Made by a program: the position numbers and the translations under genes. Below, in pieces: positions 21,801-34,537 of a stretch of 64,000 nucleotides of DNA; positions within the stretch are counted from its first letter, which is position 1, and the number at the start of each line of letters is the position of its first letter. Location: positions 372,001 through 436,000 of the forward strand of contig NW_026262680.1 in NCBI RefSeq assembly GCF_021869535.1, in the 5' to 3' direction. The notes under the pieces are model-generated. The model was not told the DNA's origin, did no database searches, and worked only from the letters and a program-made list of their open reading frames with translations. The DNA comes from Mytilus californianus. Taxonomy: Eukaryota.

Positions 21801-24643
21801 CTTTATCTGCATTAGTATAATATCATATTTTCATGCATTTGAATGACCAACACCAAAAACATTCAATAAGTCGTATGCAAATGGGGTTACTACAGTATAT
21901 AATGTTATCAGCCTAGATTAGAGGTTAAAATCTTCCTCCATATACCCATTATCAAAAGAAAGTATAGATGTAAATCGATAGACTGTTTCGAAAATAGTAA
22001 ATAATACTTATAAATCAAAATACGTGTTTTACTTACATGATGGTCGTCTATTAACAAGCTTGTCATGTCCAAACTCGCACTGTTCAGCATGCTGTTGGGC
22101 AGTTTTTGCGAGATCATTGTCCCAGAACTGAAAAACAGTATCACGTAGGCTGTTTATAATATATATAATAACATACAGTGATTCCATGACACAAAAATAT
22201 TGTAATAAATCATATCTTTCTGGGTTTTTTTAAATAACGTCATGAGTAGTTTTTGTGTTTAAAAGGAATATTTTGAAGATATAAACCTGAAGTTGGATGT
22301 TGAAATTATAAGCAGCTACGTGAATTGATAAAGTGCTGTGGCATACGCGTTGAAGTCGTATGATGAATACATAGTAGTGTAATACGTGAAGCTGATATTC
22401 CTGCAATATTAGGAAAAGTATAAGTGGTGATAAATTTCAATTATATATTTATCTATCAACATAAACAAACAACCAATCCAAAACCAAACAACAAAACATT
22501 AAACAGTATGATAAACGATGTGGCAAGTCCTCTTTGAAAATCAATGTTTCTATAGTTGCTAGCCAGATATTGTTTCCTTCTTAACTTGCCAGATCCAGAA
22601 TTTTGATCATATGGAAATAATCAAATGCAAATGGAAGCTGTTCAGATCAAATAGTCGTTAATGATAGGCAAGAGTTCACATGTCAGACTCTAAATTGCTC
22701 CTGATTTGAAATAAGTTCCGAATGACTTCAACAGAAAAGATCGAAAAACTGCCTGTACACAAATTCCTACAGCACAAAACAAATTAACGAAAAATTACAA
22801 CCACTGACGAGATTTCTGACTTTGTGCTGAACCATTAACATATACACATAATGAGTAATTCATCTGATAAGGATTTTGTCTTTGATTTCACGACGCGAGT
22901 CAAGATAGATCTGATTTGTTCACATTAGTGATATGAATTCTGGACCCTCCATCAAATACCTAATCAGGTTTAGTGACATTGAAAAAATAATTTGTTTTAC
23001 CTCCGATTCAAAATATCGTGGCATTAAAGAATCGCGTATACTTTTAATTTTGTCAGGGAAAAGTATCTAATTGTTATTTTTTACAAACCAGTTTCATCAT
23101 ATTGGTAGCATTGTGCCCGATCATACGCCTATATTTGTTGTGAATGTCGACAATTGGTTGCCTCTCTGCTTGTGAGATGCCAGCATTAGCTACTTGATAT
23201 GGCTGAAAAGTAAGGATGATTAACACTATGCGTATAAACTAATGAACCGAGAAGAAATACATTGGTGGCTTCGATGAATTCAAAAGTACGTGTATTTTGT
23301 TCCAACCTCAAACGTGATTATTTTTTTTTTTTGAAATTCAGCAATTATTTCTTAAATTTTATTAGTCTAAATTAATTCTAGATAACTAATTACAAAATAA
23401 AATCCGTGCTATTGTATAAGTCGGTAGCTTTTCATGTTAAAAATTGAAATGTACTTCATTTTTAAATTTCTTAGATGTTAACCCATTTTATGCATTTCAA
23501 CTATTTGCTTAGTCTGCTTTTTATTTTTGTGTTATTCGTCGGTCATATCTATTTTGATAGGACCTCGTCATATATTTTTGAGAGAGTGAAATCCATTGCT
23601 AAACTATCGAAATAATCTGCACAATCGCAGATGACGTTTCCATTAATTCTAATAATTTATATAACAGTAACGATTAAGCAATTATAATGTAAGTATACAA
23701 ATGCGACACAGTTATTTCTTCAGTATAATACTCCTGTGGGATCAGCAAATACTACCGGAATGTGCATAATCCTGATCGGGTTTTCTGTCACGATTTTATA
23801 AGATTGATATAAAAAAAAATATGTTGCAAACGGATTTAGTAAGTGAAAATTTCCCTTTATTTCTTGAATTGAATTTTTTTTTAATTGACTTTAAATTTGA
23901 TACGTGTCAGTTTTATTACCTGAAAGCCTTGAGCATGTCCACCTGAAAATAAAATGTTTACGCATTAAAAATATTTAATGAGTTTACTTCGTACATTTGT
24001 ATTTCAATTACCTCTAAAATACTGGATCAATACAAATTACGATCACCGATAAATTACGATCACCGATGAAGTAAGGGGGCGACAATTAGATTTTCTGGGG
24101 GAGGGGGACCCGGGATTTCGAAAATGAATAACTTGGCCTGGTAAGAACTGAAAAAATTTAGCTTTGCACAAGACAGGAGAAACGAATATTCTGCAGAACA
24201 AAATTCAGGAAACAAATGTGTTCAAAAATTAAAATAAATTTTCGAACGGTAAAATAAAAAATAAACATGCGTAGCAACAGATGAAAATAAGTGCTCAATC
24301 AGGAATAAATCTCCCCACCCCACCTTATTATGGTCGTCCCCTGATGTAAAAACGCTGTTCATTTCTAAGATTCTTAATTTCCTTTACATCATGTGAAATT
24401 ATTATTGCGATGGCTGAACCCTTGCCATAAATAATTTTCAATTACATGTAGTCGTTTTCCTTAATTCAAAAAAACCAATCCTCACTTTGAAAAAAATTGG
24501 AATTGGTATACACAGAATTAGATACCTGCTTTTGTTGCAACTGGTATATCCGTAACCCAATCTTTGTGTAGTAAAGGATCACCAATGCTGGCGGACAAAA
24601 CAAGAGAGATAACTGCAGAGGCAGCAACAGTCTTGAACATCAT
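15899..24643 (-). CDS. Secreted CAP-superfamily (CRISP/SCP, cysteine-rich venom protein-like) protein: signal peptide, CAP, hinge, EGF-like, ShKT; 296 aa, 9 exons
   Basis: Exons 24643-24526, 23942-23920, 23202-23089, 22127-22037, 21167-21016, 19468-19374, 18294-18209, 17245-17147, 16011-15899 total 891 nt, with all introns GT-AG and all phases matching. Motifs: MMFKTVAASAVISLVLSAS signal; IVDIHNKYRR; NMMKLFWDNDLA; CEFGH; GQN; WFDE; IGHFTQ; VGCG; VCNY; PYTAGALCGECPDHCDNGLC; CENFGVLDVKTCTCKCLPYYSGKSCE; CATAEHTTCAKQTLGDCRTGVNTAAVCPRACGRC. Confidence 0.93.
17565..17895 (-). mobile_element. tRNA-derived CORE-type SINE (BivaCORE-like) in CRISP intron 7
   Basis: The minus strand shows a tRNA-like head with B box GGTTCGAACCC, a core ccgctaagcacgc..ttaaggagtaagag and a (cat)n tail. 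It is homologous to 48767-49085. Confidence 0.8.
19790..20790. repeat. Pair of ~160-bp diverged direct repeats (19790-19950 and 20632-20790) in CRISP intron 5
   Basis: The block tgttttccctttttaagaccgg(c/t)ctcatcaagat..gataactttgc..cattacatactaatat..aattgaa.gggg.caaataatt is present twice, ~845 bp apart. Confidence 0.8.
24072..24344. mobile_element. MITE with aggggcgac-type TIRs in CRISP intron 1
   Basis: Left taagggggcgacaa and right tggtcgtcccctga form an imperfect inverted repeat. Confidence 0.6.
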
Positions 24644-24688
24644 GGTCGATCGTCTGATGAGAATAAATATAATAAATCCTAGTGATCT

Positions 24689-24699
24689 CTATATATAAT
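24689..24699 (-). promoter_or_regulatory. Putative TATA box of the CRISP gene
   Basis: TATATATAG on the minus strand lies ~50 nt upstream of the ATG and ~30 nt upstream of an Inr-like tcatcag. The argument is positional only. Confidence 0.4.
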
Positions 24700-25155
24700 A
24701 ACGGTATGGAACAACTCAAATGACATGTTTACCTTAGTTGCATAGTGGGTGTATGCAAACATCGTACCATTTTAAGTAAACTTTATCAAACTTTATTTAT
24801 TTTTTCAATAGAATTTGATACAATAAATTGATTGTGTGTTTGTGTGATGGTTGCCATTGACCGTCAAAGTCATTTCTTTCTCACTATTTAAGTTTGCTTT
24901 TTTCTTTTTGATAATCTTTAGGTAATTTTTAATTTTCAATGTCATCTTATCGTAAACTTTCATTTTTATTTTAAGTTGTATGCCAATATGTGCCCAACGC
25001 CTGTCATTTGGGTACATTTATCAAACTTTTAGTAGTTTTTAAAAGTCCTGTCAACTGCAATTTATGTTTTAATTAAAATTGAAAATTAGAATTAATGTAT
25101 GTGTCATCATACAGATTTGTTTTATTTATTTGTTTGTTAGAAGCAAAATATGATT

Positions 25156-26600
25156 TGGTACTTTCATCTTGGATACTCATAAATGTGTACATATAAATAT
25201 ACAATATATTCTAGACTAAATAAAATTGAGAATGGAAATGGGGAATATGTCAAAGAGACAACAACTATATATAAATAAGATGTGGTATCCAAGTCACAAT
25301 GCATAAAAAGTTAACAATTGTAAGTCTAAGTACGGTCTTCAACACGGAGCCTTGGCTCACACCGAACAACAAGCTCTAAATGACACCAAAATGACTAGTG
25401 TAAAACAATTCAAACAGGAAAACCAACGGTCTGATTTATATTAAAAAAAAATGAGAAACGAGAAACACTTATCAATCACACCAACAAACGACAACCACTG
25501 AACAACAGGCTCCTAACTTAGGACATGTGCAAACAAATGCAGCGGGTTTAAACATTTTAATAGGCGCCAACCTTCATCCTAACCTGAGACAGTAGTGTAA
25601 CATTACGACATAAAAAGACACACTATAAAATATCAATTGAAATGGCTTAACTCTATCAAAAAGACATTTAAACAAAAACAAGTAAACTTACACTGAACGA
25701 ATAAGTTTGATCTACGACACAATACAAATACAATATTAATAAAAAAGATGCAGGAACAGTGTCAAAAAGACAACTCTAACCTGGGACAAAATGGCGTTAA
25801 ATAAAACAACGTACTCAGGTAAGTTTAAATATAATAATTGTGTTGTTAGGAGTACGGAAGTAAACATTGTTTACAAAATTAATAAATTTTTTGTTCACAG
25901 TACGAGTACAGAAGTGAAAATTTATCGTCATACTAAATACTTATCGAAGGTGGTACAAAATAGTGAGACGAGATAAAACACAAAATAAGTAAACATTGAA
26001 TTACAGAAATGCATAACAAATTGTGTCAACAGGTCAAATTAACACGAATTAACAAGATGAAAGGTCTTCAACACGGAGCCTTGGCTCACACCGAACAACA
26101 AGCTCTAAATGACAAAATTCTAATTGAGAATGGAAATGGGGAATATGTCAAAGAGACAATTAACAAGATGAAAGCATTTAGAGCTTGTTGTTCGGTGTGA
26201 GCCAAGGCTCCGTGTTGAAGACCGTACTTAGACTTACAATTGTTAACTTTTTATGCATTGTGACTTGGATACCACATCTTATTTATATATAGTTGTTGTC
26301 TCTTTGACATATTCCCCATTTCCATTCTCAATTAGAATTTTGTCATTTAGAGCTTGTTGTTCGGTGTGAGCCAAGGCTCCGTGTTGAAGACCGTACTTAG
26401 ACTTACAATTGTTAACTTTTTATGCATTGTGACTTGGATACCACATCTTATTTATATATAGTTGTTGTCTCTTTGACATATTCCCCATTTCCATTCTCAA
26501 TTTTATTTAGTCTAGAATATATTGTATATTTATATGTACACATTTATGAGTATCCAAGATGAAAGTACCATTGATTTGAGAGTACCCGCAGGTACTGAAA
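25156..26600 (+). mobile_element. HINE-like element (subTIR tggtactttcatcttg / caagatgaaagtacca plus 3' stem-loop) carrying SINE-like cargo and a palindromic rearrangement
   Basis: 16-bp inverted termini, an agtacc-cgca-ggtact hairpin at 26581-26596, and internal sequence matching the family at 50738-51130. See findings. Confidence 0.6.
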
Positions 26601-29600
26601 GCTAATTAAAAGCCAAAAAAAGTTTTGAATTCGTCCATGTATTCCATACGTCGATATGATACGGGTAGACAGATTGTGATTCTTGTTCATTCGACAGTAA
26701 TTTTCCTTTCTACAATCTGTTTAAAAAAAGACCCTGTACCCACTCTTTGCTTATAAGGATTTCAATCAGATTGTTCTTTCCGTTTTCAACTTTATTTTGT
26801 CAATTATTGATAATTGATCATAATTACAAAGTAATTTTTATTAAAATAGAATGATATAACTGATAAATATACTATCATGGTAACATTAAAACATGTGCTT
26901 CGTACATGTACTTTTGTCATCGAATTTACATGATACGGTAAAGCTAAAAAGTAAACAAATTGCTGCCTAACTCCGGGTATGCGTATAGACCTTATTGTCA
27001 AACTTCATATTACCAGCTATAGGTACTGCAGATGCAATAGGTCACACAGATCAAAATTTTCAGGACACGATTGCTCTGATAATCGGAAAAGCAGACAAAG
27101 ATTTACTGTTCACGTTAGAATAATTCTTGTATGGTTTGCATATCTACAAATACTTGAATCGGATTGGTCTGTTAGAATTTTTATCCTTGGTTTACACTTC
27201 GCAAGACCTTTGGCAACCATATCACTGTGATATATTTATGCGCTATACACATGCATGAAATCCAGGGTTTCCGAACAAATTGAATTAGATAAACAAATAC
27301 ATGTTACTGTTATTTCTTCTTTTAACACATTACAAAAAGAAAAAAAGCATTAAAGCTTGGAAAATGTAGGAAATCAAAATAAAATAAAACTCCGCGAAAT
27401 ATCATGAATGATCATGGCATGGTGTGTTAACGTCACTTACGTTACTTGTAAGCTTCAGATTCGGATAATATCTCATTAAAATAAAGTTTTTGAGGTCGGT
27501 GTTGTTTCATTTTAGATTATATTGCATTAATCGAACATTTGTGGATTTCAGGAAGTCAATATTGCGGCCTACTCCTTAGTTACGACATGTCTATTGTGCA
27601 TTTGGTTGTAAAAAGTAGCCAATGAACAACAAATTGTTAATTAAAACTATGCTTGCGAATGTTTGGCATAAGAATGATAACCATTAAACACATTTTTTTC
27701 TAGAGGTTATTGATGTGTAAACTAGGTAGCTTACTCACAAACTTAACATAATGATATTTTCATGCCGTGTCTTAAAAATTTTTAGAATTGGACATCCAAA
27801 CAGGACTTCAGCACTTACTAGTAATTCAACTTAAAACTATTACATTGATGGAAAAAATTTCATGCGCAGCTTTTATTGAAAGACTTGTTTGTCTTTTCGT
27901 CTTTTCGTTTTATGTTATGGGTTGTTAGTTTCTCTTTGATTTACAAAATGTATGAGTTTGGTATCTTCCGCCTCTTTTTTAACAGTGTGCTGTAATCTTC
28001 ATCGGCTCGAATCAAAACATTTATTTCATTTAAAAAGAATTTACTTGAGATTAAAACGGTAAAATTTTAACTGAGTACCCTAACAGTCATGATTCATGAG
28101 GAAATTTTGAAGTTGGTTTACGTCAATAAGACAGCAACCCAACGACGAACGTAATGTGCTGTTGTTATTCTTATATTTTATCATTGTTCTTTTAAAATTC
28201 CTTTTAATTGAATTTAAGTTCCGTTTCTTTGTTTTTGTTTTCTAATGTCATTGGCGTTCATTTTTCTGTCGACTGCGATCACGGCACAGTCGTGGTTCGT
28301 AAAAAGTAAGCAAAAGAGTTTAACAGACAAACATAAAAGAAAAAGTAACTGGAAAAAAACAATAAGATGTTGAACTGTACAAAATTATTTTGGGAACAAT
28401 TAAAACCCATTTTCAGGGTGACTTTTAATAAATGTGAATACATTCCTCGAACAGAACATTAAATCATGTTATAGGTTTTCTTCTCTTCGTCCATCTTAAC
28501 AAGAATGAAATACTGCAATGGAATAAAAGAAGGATATATGGTGTACCATTTCATGACAAAAATTCCCTAAACGTATTTGACAAAATCCAAAGCAAAGAAA
28601 AAGTGTTATAATTGATGTTCTTCATCTCAAAGAAGTCATCAATGAAGTCATCAAACACGAGACAAAAAACTCAATGCTGATCTGAAATTCAAGACGGCTC
28701 TTATCACCGCCTTATTGCTAGCAAGCGGGAATTCACAAATTATGTACAGTATAATACGTGTCTACAGGAGGACCCCTCTAAGTTTGATAACAAGATGCGA
28801 CCATCCACGCATCAATAACATTTGAAATACACAATACAACTAAATCGACCGAATGTATCGAAGAGGCGAAAAATAATACATATCTATTTATGATGCAAGT
28901 TCAATAGTGATAAATAAAATATACTTTAATTTCGTGATCTCTATATTCTATAAACATTTTATGCTACGACGATTAAAGTTTTAGCTTGAACACTATTTTT
29001 AGTGCAAAACTATCTGTAGTAAAGAATCTTTTGGACCTACCTTTAGTCCCTGATACAGTGGTCTGATTATTTTTACAAAAACAAGATGTTTATAAAGGTC
29101 AATCTAAATCTTATCATAATGTGTGAATGGGGGAGCTTTGAAGTTGCAATTTATAAAAATTTTCGTATCAACCAAATGCCGAACAGACATTTATGCATTC
29201 ATTTAAATGAATTGGGGTCTTATATTTAAATTGAAAAATTACATAGATGCTCATAAATTAACTGTTTCTGTGTACTCAGTTCAAATTCATTCTGTACAAA
29301 TATAGAACTCTTTTAAATTCTGTCCTAAATTCAAGGTGTTTGGAAAAATAAAGGAAACATTGACCTGTAGTTTGTCCTAGATCTAGGCGATCATAATGTT
29401 TTGATAACGGACCGACCAAAAGGGAAAGACATTTACCAACATGGGACTGACAGAGAAAAATAGAAATCTTCAACCTAACAGCTGTATATATTACCTTTTG
29501 TCGATAATACAAGAAATTACATTTGAACTTGTTCGGACTATGCATGTCTTTAACCAAAGCCGGAAAATTAAAAAAAAAGGGGGATCTATAAAAGCATGCC

Positions 29601-29999
29601 CCCCCCCCCCTAAAAAAATATGAACGATACATAAGTTAAATTAAAGGACAATATAGAAAATGGACAATAAACAAAAACTACGACGTACGTCTTGGGGTTG
29701 TTGGCTTATCGACGTAAAAATCCCATCTATTTATTCATCAAAAACAAAAGTTAGTCATTACACCTCGAAAATTGAAAGACTAGCGAAATTGAGAGATTCA
29801 TTATGGCTTTTTGTAAAAATTGATCACTCTTTGCTTGGAAAAAAAATAAAAAGCATTAAGTAGCATTGTACAAATACAACGCCTTTTGCAGATGTTCCGT
29901 ACTATTATATCACATAACAGGGGCGTTTATGTCGTTATAAATATAAAATGGAACAGCAACTGGGGAATCGAAATATGGTCACTTTGATCTTTTTCCGAC

Positions 30000-30345
30000 A
30001 GGTGGTGCGTCGATTCGGCTGTGCGAGATTTACAAGTACGCTGCCAAGTTCGATAGAACGGAGACGTTAAATCCGATGCCTAGTGTAGAGAGAGTGCCAC
30101 GCTCGCTGCACGTAGAGAACCTATGCAATAACTCTTTGAGGAGTCCGTAGATGGTCTGTTTCAAGGCAAACTTTCAGGCCTATCCAATATGCCCTCATTT
30201 TCTAGTAGCAGTCAAAATTTCTCCGACCTTCATCCCGGACGGCCTCTATTACAGGACCTACCTATTGCATTTATTGTTCATTTGTTCCCGTCCAGCCTTA
30301 ACATGCATGAAATATTTGCCTCTGGACGTTAAGCAAACATCAGTT
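30000..30345 (+). mobile_element. 5'-truncated SINE with Meta/Nin-type central domain
   Basis: gacgttaaatccgatg..tgtagagagagtgccacgctc..gcacgt central domain. The tail atgcatgaaatatttgcc.ctggacgttaagcaa is shared with the other SINEs in the window. Confidence 0.6.
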
Positions 30346-31428
30346 ATGTCTTATAAAATTACGTTTAGCGAAGAATCTTAGAAAATTCTTAATTCGAAGG
30401 TACCAAAAGGGATGTCTGTCATCACTCGTTCATAGAATAGAAATTTAAATCCGCCATTGGTCTCATCTGTGTTGTCACATAATCAAAGAAACAAAAAGAG
30501 TAGAAATTTTTATTAACACTATATACAATAAAAGATTTCTTAAAAATCATTTTTACAATACATGTACAAATTGATATGAATACTATGAACAACCTATGAT
30601 ACTGTTATATTTGTCTTTCTATGAAACGTTCTATCTAAATTTAACCATATTTTTATCTGTTTGATAAAAAATTTTCATCTACTCAATGTTGTGCAATGCC
30701 AAATCGTAGTTGGAACTCTAGATAAACGATTCTTTAAATATATTGACTTCGAAATCCAAGGCTGTCGATTGTATTTTTAAAACTACAATGAGGATATTCA
30801 TGAAGTCAAAGTTAGAAACAGAACGACTAGTAAGTTTTTCATTGGGTTTGTGACTTGTTTCAAATTGTGTGTGTGATTTCCACCCATCACGGACAAACTT
30901 TAAGGCACTTTTTTTCGTCAGGTGAACAGGTTTCGAAAAAACGATGTTGTTCTATCAAAATGTATATTGCTTGAGAATGTTGTTGTGTAGCTTAAGAAAA
31001 TCCGACAAAACATCAAGAAATGACAGTTACTTTAAACAATTGTATACGTTTGAATTTGTCACACGGCAAATGTGGACATCATCATGCATACTCTTTTAAA
31101 ATAATTTTCAAATGTTTTTGAATAAGTGTAATGCAAAGTGCCTTATATTTATTTGCCTCGTTTCCGTATAAAAGAAAATATGGATAAAATTGAATAAATT
31201 GATAACTTAAGCATTGTACAAGTCTAAGTATAGTTTACAATATCCGACTTTGAACACTTGATTACTCCTTCGAACTGAAATACTTTCATCATAGATACCC
31301 CTGAACTAATGGAGATATTCATTATAGAGACCCTTTAACAGATAGGCACTAACAATAGAGACCCTTAAACTAAAAGACACTAATCATAGATAGAGACAAA
31401 ATCCTCGTGTTCTGTCGACGGAGACATT

Positions 31429-34400
31429 TTACATGCCAATACTATCAAGTTCCTTTGTCATCTGACACACCGCACATGGTTCACAACAGCACGTGGTCCA
31501 AAAATCACTTACAAGGGAACCCTGAAAGTATAAAATAAATGTTTGAATGGTCAGCACTATTTTTTTTAAAATACAATAAAGAATGAAAAATTAAAAAAAA
31601 AAACAACAGCTTTAATTCAATGAATCAATGTCAAAGTGAGAAATATTGAATGTTTATAAACGATTACAAAACGTATCGAAAAGAGTACTTTTTAAAGTAT
31701 TTTATGTCAAAGAGAAAAAGACAATTTCCTTTGTATTTGTTTCACGCACAGAGTCAAAATAAAATACCCAACTGGAAATTTATGATATATTTCAAAAGTT
31801 CTTCAAAACTTTACATTCAGCGCTTCATGTTGCTGATGAAGTTCAAGACATTTGGATAAAAAAAATGCAAATTTTACATGGTTTTGTCAAATTTCAGTAA
31901 AGTTTGAAAATGGCCCTGCTGTGAAATACGTTGCTTACATTTGCAATAATTATATATGATGTTGCCTCATAAACAAGCTGGCGAAAAGAAATTGCTCGCT
32001 GAATTAAAGCTTTACGAAAACATATATTGTAGAAGCCTGTATGTTGTCGCCTCTATATAACTTGTTGGGTTTTTTTGTCTCTGGGTTATTGTCTCATTGA
32101 TGTATACCATTTTTAGTAAATAAACGCGGCTGCATATACGTCACACGTTTTCGTATTATCCTTTATGAGCACCAGTGTTTGACAGTTTTAGCGCGGTTCA
32201 TGTCGCTCAATCTTTTCTGTGTAGTGTTTTCTCACCTTCGAAAATTTTATGGACGCCATCACGAGTTGGTTCACCGTTATTGAATATATCTGTTTCACAG
32301 ATGACGACGGATATATTCCAATTGTTGTAAACACAACCCCGTCCTCTTTTCATCGAATGTGACCAACCGAATTAGACTTATCACCGGGTTTGTACTTACA
32401 TGAGCAACACGACGGGTGCCATATGTGGAGCAGGATCTGATAACGTGTCCGGAGCACCTGAGATCACCCCCAGTCTTTGGTGGGGTTCGTGTTGCTCAGT
32501 CTTTAGTTTTCTATGTTGTGTTTTGTGTACTGTTGTTTGACTTTTCGTCGGTTTTCGTTTTTTGCCATGGCATTGTCAGTTTGCTTTCGACTTGTGAGTC
32601 TGTATATTCCTTTGGTATCTTTCCCCTCTCTTTTATTGTTCCTTTGTCCATGGCTTATTTCTAACCTAGAAATTGTGACGTTCTGTTTATTAACCCTTAT
32701 CAACGGTTTCGGGAACAATCGAATCGCAAACGTATTTAGTTTTTTTACCTTGATTCCAAACAAAGTTCTAACTTTGATTCTTAAAGCAAATGCTGCACAT
32801 GGAATTAAAGCCATAAATGGTGTTTCTCCTAATCTTGTTGCAATCATGTATTTAAAATAAGGCCAGCAACATAAATAACAACAACCTGAAAAAATAATTC
32901 AATGATTTATTAAAATTCTTTTTCTAACTTATTATGGTCCATCGTCACTGCTATTTATATAAAGTATATTCTAACCTCTGTAATAAAGTAATAAGAGGAA
33001 AAAAAAAATTGTGGGTTACACACCAATGAGACAGAATGCAATCATAGCAACAAATAACTAACATGCAACAGTGATAAAAATATTTTTAACATGACGCAGT
33101 GTAATCAATGCATGCAATGCAATCAACATTTAGAGATGGTCCAGTATGTTTTTTTTTCCGAAATGGAATGCGCTTGTGAGATATGAAACAGTTAAGACGT
33201 GGGTTTTGTTGTGATTGGCTTACAACATTGTACAACCTCCTAAACAGTTGAAATGCAACCAATGACGTGATATTACTTTCATTTTGGGGTACGAACATTG
33301 GAACTACCCTAATCATAAACATTTGTAGATTTTATGTTCAGTGTAAATTAGAGTTTGATAAATGTTTCTGATTAAATCTTCTGTACGGTATTTTCACTTC
33401 ACTCATCTCGCCTGATCGAGAATCACCAAAATGCTAAAAAGTCTACTCAAGTAAAGAACATCATTTTGATTATAAGGCAAACAAGCAGTCACTCTATATA
33501 TTTATGCGTCTATAAATTTTAGGAAAGATTTGTGTAGAACTGTTCGGTAGTTGATTAAGAAATTGGATATTAAATTTAGCTTTTTCTTAATTAAGGAATT
33601 ATAACCTGTTTACGTAACAGATGCCTTGATTATGTAAGATCATGTAACATTTTGTTTTATAATTGAATGTTTTTTTTCTTAAAATGTTACGCTTATTGCT
33701 AAAAATGTGGTAGTCACTTGCTTTCATTACGTATAAATTATTTAAAATAAAGCATTCAATTCTTATATTTACAGATTTTCTAATGAAAACATATATGCGT
33801 TTTCCCATTTTGAATCTGAAAATAAAACTTTAAACACAAAAACTTGAAATTGTCTAGTGATATGAAAGCAGTAACATTCCACGTGAAATCAATTATAATA
33901 CGTCATATAGCTGATATTGGCATAAGAATTAGATGTCGATTTCAAAGAAGTTAGCTCGTAAATTATTTATCAAATTGCATTCATAAGTGTAAATGTATAT
34001 CATAGGATAATAATGATTGTTATGTATTTATATGAATTGTTCATTTTAAAAAGATACATTGTCAACTACATGTACTTCTTTCAAATGAATAAAATTTGCG
34101 ATTTTTTAAAAAAGCATAATAGTTTGCACGAAGTACACGAACAATGCGAAAAAATAGTGTTTATCAATAACGTAGGCGAAGCTAGTAAGTCTATAATCCT
34201 GACAACAAGTGTGTTGCTGTCATGCGGCATGGGTTGCTTTCATACGAAATGAAGGCATATGACGGAATTAAATGATTCGTCTTTCAGCCAATAAAAGGCT
34301 AGCATGTATGAACACCTACTGTAAATATATTAGTGTAAAATTACGCTTACCGCTTCTTTTTTCGTCTTTACCGCAAGCACATATTCCAGACGACCAATTT

Positions 34401-34537
34401 CTTTCACAATGAGCGTCATCAAATGGTCCATTGAAAGCCGATTTATTCCGGGCTTCACTCTCCCTTCTGGAAATAGTTTTTGGTTGTGTTGATACCACTA
34501 AAGATGTGTCTTCATTTGCAAAAGAACCGCCTGTCAT
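31429..34537 (-). CDS. PLAC8/cornifelin-like cysteine-rich protein, ~138 aa, 3 coding exons
   Basis: Exons 34537-34351 (upstream acceptor at 34557), 32885-32749 and 31521-31429, with phases matching. Protein: MTGGSF..VVSTQP..NWSSGICACGKD..GCCYLCCWP..RLGETPFMALIPCAAFALRIKVRTLFGIKGSLVSDFWTTCCCEPCAVCQMTKEL, the PLAC8-family pattern. The start codon is uncertain and an upstream exon is possible. Confidence 0.9.
32237..32635 (+). mobile_element. Penelope-derived non-autonomous fragment in the cornifelin-like intron
   Basis: LRKFYGRHHELVHRY, then catgagcaacacgacgggtgcc..gtggagcaggatc..ccggagcacctgagatcacccccag..ttggtatcttt. Family copies at 6655, 27890, 51320 and 59200 (reverse). Confidence 0.65.

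Noticed and set aside
24045-24067. 17-bp tandem duplication (aaattacgatcaccgat x2) and the ~75-bp duplication at 16326-16457
   Set aside because: Ordinary slippage duplications in introns with no evident function.
26980-27255. Plus-strand protein-like frame (AIGTADAIGHTDQNFQDTIALIIGK..*FLYGLHIYKYLNRIGLLEF)
   Set aside because: Internal stop, no recognisable family and no linked exons.
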